DNA from: Clostridia bacterium
GTDB lineage: Bacteria > Bacillota > Clostridia > Saccharofermentanales > UBA5734
Reading direction: 5' to 3'
Assembly (NCBI GenBank): GCA_040772725.1
Contig: JAXGXR010000002.1
Coordinates: 477,635 to 541,634, forward strand
DNA: 64,000 nt
Shown piece after piece: positions 56,501 to 64,000 of this stretch. A program made the translations under genes and the position numbers. The notes under the pieces were generated by a model. That model saw only the letters and a list, made by a program, of their open reading frames with translations, was not told where the DNA came from and did no database searches. Every line of letters begins with the position of its first letter. Positions within the stretch are counted from its first letter, which is position 1.

Positions 56501-58114
56501 CTACGCGCCTTTGTGGATGGATTCGAGCACCAGGCCCGGATTGCGGTCCAGGGCCCAGGTGATGGCCCAGTCCGATTCGAACAGCAGGACCGGGCTGTCT
56601 TCTTTGTCGAGCACCAGCAGGGTCGTGCTGGTCAGTGACAATTTTTTCGGGTCCGGCATCTCGCCGGTCTCGTCCGGCCGGATCCACCGGGCCTTCTGGT
56701 AGTTCAGGGTGTTCTGCCGGATTGTGACGCCATATTCATTTTTCAGCCGGTATTCGAGCACTTCCAGCTGCAGGACGCCAACGACACCGATCACATAGGT
56801 CTCGGTGCCGATGTCCGGCTGCTTGTAGACCTGGATCGCCCCTTCTTCTGACAGCTGTGTGATCCCTTTCAGGAACTGCTTGCGTTTCATGGAGTCGGCC
56901 GGCGCGACCCGGGCGAAATGCTCGGGCGCGAACACGGGTATGTCATCGAAACGGATGTTCCGGTTGCCTTCGACCAGTGTGTCGCCGATGCGGAAAATTC
57001 CCGGGTCGAAAACACCGATGATGTCGCCTGCATAGGCTTCATCGACGATATTGCGCTCCTGGGCCATGAATTGCTGTGGCTGGGCGAGGCGCACCGGCCG
57101 GTTCTCCCGTATATGGCGCACCTCGAGCCCTTTTTCAAAATAGCCGGAGCAGATGCGGATGAAAGCCATCCGGTCGCGGTGGTCCGGGTTCATGTTCGCC
57201 TGGATCTTGAAGACGAAACCACTGAAAAATGGCTCATCCGCCGCGATCACCTGTTCACCGGCCAGATGGGGGGCCGGTGGCGGTGCCATGGCCAGGAACT
57301 CGTTGAGGAAGGATTCGACACCGAAATTGTTGATGGCACTGCCAAAAAAGACAGGGGTCAGCAAACCCCGGCTGACCAGTTCAGGATCCAGTTCATCGCC
57401 GGCGATGTCGAGCAGCTCGATGTCGTTGATCAGCTGCTGCTGATGGTCGCTGCCGATCACGTCGATCAATTCCGGGTCTTCCGGGTTGGCGACACTGACC
57501 TTGACCATGCTGGCCCCGTGGTCGCCCTTGGTGCTGTCAAAGAGTTCGACCCGGTTGAACCGCCGATTGTAGACGCCCTGGAAGTCGCCGTCGGTGCCGA
57601 TCGGCCAGTTGATGGGCACGGAATGGATACCGAGCACCTTCTCAAGCTCGTCCATGAGGTCAAACGGGTTTTTCGCCGCACGGTCCATTTTGTTGATGAA
57701 GGTGAAAATGGGGATGCCGCGCTTGCGGCAGACTTCGAACAGCTTGATTGTCTGGGCCTCGACACCCTTGGCACCATCGATCAGCATGACGGCGGAGTCA
57801 GCCGCGCACAGGGTACGGTACGTGTCCTCCGAAAAATCCTGGTGGCCGGGCGTGTCGAGGATATTGATGCAAAATCCGTTGTAATCGAACTGCATGACGG
57901 ATGACGTGACCGAGATGCCACGCTGCTTTTCGATCTCCATCCAGTCCGAGGTCGCGTGACGGGCCGCCTTGCGGCCCTTGACCGTCCCGGCCAGGTGGAT
58001 GGCGCCGCCATAAAGCAGCAGCTTTTCCGTCATGGTGGTCTTGCCGGCGTCCGGGTGGGATATGATGGCAAAGGTTCGTCTTCTGGATACGTTGGCTCCG
58101 ATGGAACGGCTCAT
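56501..58114 (-). CDS. prfC: Peptide chain release factor 3
   Basis: RRTFAIISHPDAGKTT G1 motif, DTPGHQDF, NKMD, and a full-length RF3-type C-terminus. Confidence 0.9.
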   Translation of the reverse strand: MSRSIGANVSRRRTFAIISHPDAGKTTMTEKLLLYGGAIHLAGTVKGRKAARHATSDWMEIEKQRGISVTSSVMQFDYNGFCINILDTPGHQDFSEDTYRTLCAADSAVMLIDGAKGVEAQTIKLFEVCRKRGIPIFTFINKMDRAAKNPFDLMDELEKVLGIHSVPINWPIGTDGDFQGVYNRRFNRVELFDSTKGDHGASMVKVSVANPEDPELIDVIGSDHQQQLINDIELLDIAGDELDPELVSRGLLTPVFFGSAINNFGVESFLNEFLAMAPPPAPHLAGEQVIAADEPFFSGFVFKIQANMNPDHRDRMAFIRICSGYFEKGLEVRHIRENRPVRLAQPQQFMAQERNIVDEAYAGDIIGVFDPGIFRIGDTLVEGNRNIRFDDIPVFAPEHFARVAPADSMKRKQFLKGITQLSEEGAIQVYKQPDIGTETYVIGVVGVLQLEVLEYRLKNEYGVTIRQNTLNYQKARWIRPDETGEMPDPKKLSLTSTTLLVLDKEDSPVLLFESDWAITWALDRNPGLVLESIHKGA

Positions 58115-58151
58115 GGTGTCCTCCTGATTTTTTGGCGCAAAGACAGCGACA

Positions 58152-59462
58152 TTATATCAGGTTGCGTTCGGACAGACAATGCAGCGCGGCCGCGCGACCG
58201 GCCACTGCCCCGGTGGACCAGGCCGCCTGGAGATTGTAGCCGCCCGTGTCCGCGTCGATATCCAGGATCTCTCCAGCAAAGTAAAGACCGTCCACGAGCC
58301 TGGAGGCCATCGTCCGCGGATCGACTTCCTTCAAGTCGACCCCCCCGGCTGTCACGATCGCTTCCCGCCAGCCGCGTGTTCCGGCGACCGGCAGCCGGCA
58401 GCCTTTCAGGGATGCCACCATCAGTTGGCGCTGTGATCGTGTGATGCCGCGGCCATCCATGTTCTCGTCCAGACCGGCAAGTCTGAGCAGATGGGGAACG
58501 AATGCGCCGGGCAAGCGATCGGCAAACAGGCCGGGCAGCATGTTGCGCAGTTTTCTGCGTGGTTCGCGCGACAGTAGGTTCTGGATCTGAAGGTCTACCG
58601 TTTCAGGGTTTGTTTCCGGAAGGCAGTCCATGACCAGATCGACCGGTTCGCTCGGAAATGGATCGGAAATCAGCCGGGACAGCCTCAGGGCGGCCGGTCC
58701 GGAGACACCAAAGTGCGTGAAGAGCAGGTCCCCCTTGGTCTGGCTGGCATCTTTCCCATCAATCCGGAGTGTCAGCCCGACATCCCTCAGGGCGACACCT
58801 TGCAGGGCATGCAGGGCCGGATCAGGCACGATCAAGGGGACCAGCGCAGGACGCTCTGGTGCAATCCGGTGTCCAAGCGCGGCGGCCAGCCTCGTGCCAT
58901 CTCCGGATGATCCGGTCCACGGCCAGGACCGGCCGCCCATGGCCAGGATCACCTGTCCGGCTTCCAGAGTCCGCTTGTCCGTGATGATAGACAGGACACG
59001 ACGCCGGCCGCCTGTTGTGGCATGTGTCACGTTGATTGAGCGGACGGCCTCGCCAGTGTTGATCGATACACCGGCGGCAAGGGCTCGCCTGACCAGGAAA
59101 TCCAGAATGTCCGAGGCTTGGCCGCTTGCCGGAAAAAGCTTGCCTTCCGGCTCTTCGACCAGATCGATGCCGGACCGGCGCAGAAGCGAGATCAGTTCGC
59201 GGTTGGAAAACCGGCTCAACGAACCACGCAAAAACCGCCCTCCGCTGAAAAAATGATCGGCCAGGCTGGCCGTATCGCAGGCATTGGTGACATTGCAGCG
59301 TCCGTTGCCGGTGATCAGCAGTTTGCGTCCTGGTGAGGGCATTTTTTCGAACAGAAGCACTCGGCAGCCGGCCTGAGCCGCTTCAGCCGCGGCCATCAGG
59401 CCGGCGGCGCCGCCGCCGGCCACGATGACCGGAGAAGGATTTCTTTGTTCACGAACAGTCAT
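58152..59462 (-). CDS. FAD-dependent oxidoreductase, HI0933/BaiN-like family
   Basis: VIVAGGGAAGLMAA dinucleotide-binding motif and a C-terminal GGYNLQAAWSTG signature typical of this family. Confidence 0.75.
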   Translation of the reverse strand: MTVREQRNPSPVIVAGGGAAGLMAAAEAAQAGCRVLLFEKMPSPGRKLLITGNGRCNVTNACDTASLADHFFSGGRFLRGSLSRFSNRELISLLRRSGIDLVEEPEGKLFPASGQASDILDFLVRRALAAGVSINTGEAVRSINVTHATTGGRRRVLSIITDKRTLEAGQVILAMGGRSWPWTGSSGDGTRLAAALGHRIAPERPALVPLIVPDPALHALQGVALRDVGLTLRIDGKDASQTKGDLLFTHFGVSGPAALRLSRLISDPFPSEPVDLVMDCLPETNPETVDLQIQNLLSREPRRKLRNMLPGLFADRLPGAFVPHLLRLAGLDENMDGRGITRSQRQLMVASLKGCRLPVAGTRGWREAIVTAGGVDLKEVDPRTMASRLVDGLYFAGEILDIDADTGGYNLQAAWSTGAVAGRAAALHCLSERNLI

Positions 59463-59490
59463 GGATAAACGATGATGAATATTGGTTCAA

Positions 59491-60876
59491 TCATTCCTGG
59501 ATGCCGGGGATTTTCGGCAGCTTGGCAATGCTTCTGGCGAGGTCCTCCTCAGCCAGCGCGTGGTCGACCATCTGACCGGCGTGGTACTGTGTGTAGGCAC
59601 TGAGGTCGAAATAGCCGGTTCCGGTCAGGCCGAAGAGAATGGTCTTGGCTTCGCCGGTTTCCTTGCATTTCAACGCTTCGTCGATCGCCGCCCGGATGGC
59701 GTGCGCGGATTCGGGCGCCGGCAGGATGGTTTCGTATTTGGCGAACAGGGTCGCGGCCTCGAAGACGCTGTTTTGTGTTGCCGACCTTGCCTCGTCGAGA
59801 ATGCCGTCATGATAAAGCTTGCTCAGGATCGGAGACATGCCGTGGTAACGCAGGCCGCCGGCGTGGATGGCGGAGGGCCTGAAGCCACTGCCGAGGGTGT
59901 ACATCTTGGCCAGCGGGGTGATGTGACCGGTGTCGCAGAAATCATACGCATATGTGCCGCGGGTCATGGATGGGCAGGAGGCAGGCTCGACCGCGATGAA
60001 ATATGGGTTTTTCTCACCCCGCAGCTTGTCGCCCATGAAAGCGCTCATCAGGCCGCCCAGGTTGGAACCACCACCGGCACAGCCGATGACGATGTCAGGA
60101 TATTCGCCAAGCTTTTCCATGGCGATTTTTGATTCCAGCCCGATGATCGATTGGTGCAGCAGCACCTGGTTGAGGACCGAGCCGAGGACATAGCGTCTGC
60201 CGGGCGTCTTCACGGCCAGTTCGACCGCTTCGGATATGGCGGTGCCGAGGCTGCCGGTGGACTCCGGATCGTCGGCCAGCATCATCTTGCCAACCTCGGT
60301 CGTGTTGCTTGGGCTGGGGATGATCTCGGCGCCGAAGGTCTCCATGACGGCTTTACGGTAAGGCTTCTGCTCGTAGGAACTCTTGACCATGAAAACGGTC
60401 AGGTCGAGGTCGAGGTGCGCGCAGGCCATCGCCAGCGCGGTGCCCCACTGGCCGGCACCGGTTTCGGTGGTCAGTCCCGTCAGCCCCTGCTTCTTGGCGT
60501 AATAGGCCTGAGCGATCGCCGTGTTCAGCTTGTGGCTGCCGGAGGTGTTGTTGCCTTCGAACTTGTAGTAGATCTTCGCCGGTGTGTCAAGCGCCTGCTC
60601 CAGGTCGTATGCCCGGCAGAGCGGGGATGGGCGGTAGATCTTGTAGAAATCGAAGACTTCTTCGGGAATATCGATGAAACGGTGCTCCGAATCCACTTCC
60701 TGCAGACAAAGCTCTTCACAGAAAACGGGGAGCAGGTCTTCCAGCACGACCGGTTTCATGGTGCCCGGATGGATGTAGGGATCGGGCTGCTCTTTCATGT
60801 CGACACGCACGTTGTACCACTGGCGCGGCATCTCGTCTTCTGTCAGATAGAGGCGGTGGGGGATCTTCTTGTTCAT
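59491..60876 (-). CDS. trpB: TrpB2-type tryptophan synthase beta-like PLP enzyme
   Basis: N-terminal extension (YLTEDEMPRQWYNV), the PLP-lysine region NTSGSHKLN, and GGGSN. About 460 aa, typical of stand-alone TrpB2. Preceded by a T-box leader. Confidence 0.85.
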   Translation of the reverse strand: MNKKIPHRLYLTEDEMPRQWYNVRVDMKEQPDPYIHPGTMKPVVLEDLLPVFCEELCLQEVDSEHRFIDIPEEVFDFYKIYRPSPLCRAYDLEQALDTPAKIYYKFEGNNTSGSHKLNTAIAQAYYAKKQGLTGLTTETGAGQWGTALAMACAHLDLDLTVFMVKSSYEQKPYRKAVMETFGAEIIPSPSNTTEVGKMMLADDPESTGSLGTAISEAVELAVKTPGRRYVLGSVLNQVLLHQSIIGLESKIAMEKLGEYPDIVIGCAGGGSNLGGLMSAFMGDKLRGEKNPYFIAVEPASCPSMTRGTYAYDFCDTGHITPLAKMYTLGSGFRPSAIHAGGLRYHGMSPILSKLYHDGILDEARSATQNSVFEAATLFAKYETILPAPESAHAIRAAIDEALKCKETGEAKTILFGLTGTGYFDLSAYTQYHAGQMVDHALAEEDLARSIAKLPKIPGIQE

Positions 60877-60960
60877 GGCCTTTTCCTCGCTTTCTTCCCG
60901 ATCCTCTCGATCGGCTCATAATGGCGTTCTATCCTGTCTTCCGGACATTTTCCGGAAAAC

Positions 60961-61270
60961 AAAAAAACCCTTGTCCACTACTGGGACAAGAGCTTCGCTC
61001 CTGCGGTACCACCCGGCTTGATCCTGCCTGACAGGATCCCCTCTGCCAGATACCGGCTTCCAGAAAAACAGACGCCGAGACCTGCTCCCCTGATAACGGG
61101 CGGAATCCCCGTCAGCGCCTACTGGCCGGTAACCGGCTTTCGGACTGCCCTCGCAGATCCATTCATTCAAGTCCGTGATGCGTCCCTTGCACTACCGGCC
61201 GCTCGCTGTGTTCCGTTGGCTTGAACTACTCTTTCTGCTCATCGGTTTACGATATAATGGATATAGATTG
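60961..61270 (-). promoter_or_regulatory. T-box riboswitch leader (probable Trp specifier) with terminator
   Basis: Minus strand contains the T-box sequence GGGTGGTACCGC (plus 61004-61015). The terminator follows: CTTGTCCCAGTAGTGGACAAGGGTTTTTTT. There is a stem I AGAGTAG motif. A candidate specifier loop GAATGAATGGA carries UGG followed by A. Confidence 0.75.
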
Positions 61271-61275
61271 AGGCC

Positions 61276-61304
61276 AGTTTAGACTGATCGATGAAACTTG
61301 TCAA
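61276..61304 (-). promoter_or_regulatory. Sigma-A-type promoter for the T-box/trpB transcript
   Basis: TTGACA (61304-61299), a 17-nt spacer, then TAAACT (61281-61276) on the minus strand. Confidence 0.6.
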
Positions 61305-61366
61305 CACTTTTTCCTGTCCGGTGATCCGGTGTGTTGCCACGAAATATTGCGGAAAGTGAGTCTTCG

Positions 61367-62689
61367 ATGATAAAGGAGGACGGCCAGAAAGAGATGGGCA
61401 GGTCCGATTCCAACCGATGGTATCGGCTTGATAACGCGGCCAAGATCTATCCGGCGATCCAGAATCGTCGACATGTCTCGATTTTCAGGGTCCAGGCAGT
61501 TCTGCGGCACGACATCGATCCTGAGCGTCTTCAGAGAGCACTGGACAAGACGTTGCCCCGTTTCCCGTTTTTCGATGTGGCGCTTCACCGAGGGGTGTTC
61601 TGGTTCTATCTCGAGTCCTCCGGCCGCCAGGCGCTCGTTGAACCGGATGTTGTCAATCCGATCCGACCGCTCAGTCGTGAGGAAAACCGTCAGCACCTGT
61701 TCCGGGTGAGGTATGGTGATCGACAGATTGCGGTCGAGTTTTTTCATGCCTTGACGGACGGTTATGGCGCGATTGTTTTCCTCAAGACGCTGACGGGCAC
61801 CTACCTGAAACTGTGTGGTCTGGCTGTGCAGGACGGCGGAGGCTTTCTCGATGTTGAGGAAATGCCGGACGCAGAGGAGTCGGAGGATGCCTACAGACGG
61901 TTCTCGACTTTCCGTGTCGTCCGCCGCCCCTATGAATCGAAGGCATTTCATTTGCAGGGCACGTTTCATCCCGGGCATCACCTGAGGGTCATCACCGGTG
62001 TCCTGTCCGTGCGCGAGGCCAGGGACAAGGCGAAGTCGCTGCGGGTCACGGTCACGGAGCTGTTGACAGCCTGCTATCTGGAGCAACTGTACCACGCCCA
62101 GAAGCTGGAGGGAGTGAAGGGCGGGCGTCCCGTCCGGGTGTCGGTTCCGGTCAATGTGCGACGGTTCTATCCGACAAAAACCCTGAGGAACTTTGCCCTT
62201 TATGCCAATCCCGGCATCGATCCGGCATACGGGGATTATTCATTTGAGGAAATCCTGCAGTTGGTTCACCATTTCATGCGCTACACTGTCACGGAAAAAT
62301 ACCTCAATGCCTTGATGTGTGCCAATGTCGAGCCGGAGAACAACTGGGCGCTTCGGCTGGCACCCCTGCCGTTGAAAATCCTCGCCATGCGCCTGGTCTA
62401 CAGTTGGACCGGCGAAAGCCGATTCACCAGCTCGATGTCCAACCTGGGCGTGACCGAAGTGCCACCGGGCTTCGCGGAACATGTGGACCGGATCGACTTC
62501 ATGCTCGGGCCCTCGCGAATGAATCCGGTCAACGCCGGCATCATCAGCTACCAGGACAAACTGTCCATCACCTTCACCAGCACGGTGGCCGAGGCGGAGG
62601 TCGAACAGGCCTTTTTCCGGAAACTGGTCTCGCTTGGCCTTCATGTCCATGTCATGAGCAATTGCCTGCCGGACGGGCGTATGCCATAA
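61367..62689 (+). CDS. HxxxD-motif acyltransferase (condensation/alcohol-acetyltransferase-like fold)
   Basis: WYRLDNAAKIYP N-terminus and the catalytic-type motif FFHALTDGYGA. About 440 aa. The start may be 61331, 61367 or 61394. Confidence 0.6.
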   Translation: MIKEDGQKEMGRSDSNRWYRLDNAAKIYPAIQNRRHVSIFRVQAVLRHDIDPERLQRALDKTLPRFPFFDVALHRGVFWFYLESSGRQALVEPDVVNPIRPLSREENRQHLFRVRYGDRQIAVEFFHALTDGYGAIVFLKTLTGTYLKLCGLAVQDGGGFLDVEEMPDAEESEDAYRRFSTFRVVRRPYESKAFHLQGTFHPGHHLRVITGVLSVREARDKAKSLRVTVTELLTACYLEQLYHAQKLEGVKGGRPVRVSVPVNVRRFYPTKTLRNFALYANPGIDPAYGDYSFEEILQLVHHFMRYTVTEKYLNALMCANVEPENNWALRLAPLPLKILAMRLVYSWTGESRFTSSMSNLGVTEVPPGFAEHVDRIDFMLGPSRMNPVNAGIISYQDKLSITFTSTVAEAEVEQAFFRKLVSLGLHVHVMSNCLPDGRMP

Positions 62690-62713
62690 TCCGGAACATA
62701 GGGGGGTAAAGAC

Positions 62714-63421
62714 ATGTCCTATTGTGTCCACTGTGGAGTGTCCCTGGATCCGTCTGAACGAGTCTGTCCGCTCTGCGGCACTGAAGTGGTCAATCCGCGC
62801 CAGCCCTTTGATCCCAGGGCGAGACGGCCGTACCCGTCCCGGCTTGACCCGATCACCGCCCGGGTCAACCGCCAGTTCATCGCGACCCTGATTTCGATCG
62901 GGCTCCTGTTTCCCGCGATCCTGACAGTCGTGATCGATCTGACTTACAGCGGAACGCTTGACTGGAGCCTCATTGTGGCGGGTGCCCTGACCATGATCTG
63001 GGTATGGGTCTGCCCATCTTTGCTCATGAAAAAGCCGACCTTCCTCAAGGTGGTCATTCCCGCCATCATCGCGCTTATCTTTTTCCTTTTGCTGATTGAC
63101 ATCGTTTACCTGGCATTTGGCTGGTTCTGGCAGCTGGCCATGCCGGTTGTTGTCCTGTCCGGAGCACTGGTCGTCATTGTGGGCACCGGGATTTCGAAAC
63201 GGCGGCTGCGCGGTTTTGCCATTCCGGCCGCCATTCTGATCGCTACCGGCCTGATGGTGGTCGGAATTGAGATCATCACCGAACGCCATGCCTATGGCCG
63301 TTTCATGATCAGTTGGTCCCTGTTCATCCTGATACCCTGTCTTGCGCTGGCCGGCGTCATGCTGTCAATCGCCCGTCGCCGGAAGATCCATGATGAAATA
63401 CGAAAGCGTCTCCATTTGTAA
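62714..63421 (+). CDS. Zinc-ribbon membrane protein (DUF6320-like)
   Basis: N-terminal CVHCG...CPLCG zinc ribbon followed by about five TM helices. GGGGGG RBS. Starts 25 nt after the acyltransferase gene. Confidence 0.6.
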   Translation: MSYCVHCGVSLDPSERVCPLCGTEVVNPRQPFDPRARRPYPSRLDPITARVNRQFIATLISIGLLFPAILTVVIDLTYSGTLDWSLIVAGALTMIWVWVCPSLLMKKPTFLKVVIPAIIALIFFLLLIDIVYLAFGWFWQLAMPVVVLSGALVVIVGTGISKRRLRGFAIPAAILIATGLMVVGIEIITERHAYGRFMISWSLFILIPCLALAGVMLSIARRRKIHDEIRKRLHL

Positions 63422-63656
63422 ATGTTTTATGAATATCGTGCGACAGGATCAGCATTTTCGCTAAAAATGAAGTCGATCAAATCGGGATATTACCGAAATA
63501 TTACGGAATGGCTGACATAAAATTGACTTGCCATCAGGCAATCCGTATAATACGGGATGATTCAGCCAAAATATTTAGATAATCAAACAATATTCATCAT
63601 TTACCAGACAATTCACGCTAGTCATAAATATAATAAAAATAAGAACAGGAGGGGTT

Positions 63657-64000
63657 ATGCGAAAATTCAAGCTTCAGGCCCGACACAATCGCAAAATCCT
63701 GGTCAGTCTATTATTGTCATTCATCATTGCCCTGCCCATGCTGGCTCAGCCCCTGGGGTTGTCCTTTTTCCAGCCGGACCGTCCAGCCATCACTTCCCAG
63801 CCCAGCCAGGCCCAGACGCCTTCGGAGAGTCTGTCCGTAGAAGCGCCTTTGCCTGTCGCTTCGGATGCGGGAATGATTGTCGAGCCGCTGGAGGTTTTCG
63901 AGGATATCGAACTGACCATGAACCGCTCTTTGAAGGAAGAAGAGATCCTGGCCATGATCGCCAGGGGCGAAGAGATCGATGCCAACTACGAGGAAGATGC
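63657..64000 (+). CDS. 5' part of a secreted protein of unknown function; runs off the window
   Basis: Own translation from the ATG at 63657, after GGAGGGG: MRKFKLQARHNRKILVSLLLSFIIALPMLAQP..., open to the window end. It has a signal-peptide-like N-terminus. It is absent from the ORF track because no stop codon is reached. Confidence 0.55.
   Translation, partial: MRKFKLQARHNRKILVSLLLSFIIALPMLAQPLGLSFFQPDRPAITSQPSQAQTPSESLSVEAPLPVASDAGMIVEPLEVFEDIELTMNRSLKEEEILAMIARGEEIDANYEED

Overview
This 64-kb chromosomal window comes from a moderately GC-rich Bacillota (Clostridia-like) genome. SigI/RsgI, a long-form HPF, PcrA, a T-box leader, CotH and cohesin/dockerin modules all point that way. About 45 protein genes are supportable, and many long ORFs in the track are antisense shadows of GC-rich genes. 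Housekeeping blocks include gap, a two-component system, cdd, hpf, pcrA, a Na/Pi transporter, HD-domain dNTP/dNMP hydrolases, folC, thrC, prfC and a TrpB2-type trpB. They alternate with surface or accessory modules. (1) 10.7-24.3 kb holds two paralogous Cna-B-type repeat surface-protein genes. One is decapitated by an IS1634-family insertion with 15-bp inverted repeats and a clean 6-bp target duplication. The other carries ten essentially identical 297-bp repeats and is preceded by two tandem c-di-GMP-II-like riboswitch aptamers, each with its own terminator. A frameshifted IS110-family element and a low-GC RCC1-repeat lipoprotein gene lie between the two. (2) 26.5-31.2 kb holds a lipoprotein CotH kinase, a VTC polyphosphate-polymerase-domain protein and a DUF4956 membrane protein. 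(3) 44.7-51.5 kb holds two large GH73-like peptidoglycan-hydrolase paralogues, one ending in a dockerin, followed by a membrane-anchored cohesin protein. Other items are a SigI/RsgI pair whose anti-sigma factor ends in a Ser/Thr-rich tail, a short palindromic intergenic repeat family, and a Trp T-box leader. No rRNA, tRNA or CRISPR array was recognised. All family names come from reading the translations and from memory of family signatures; no database search was run.
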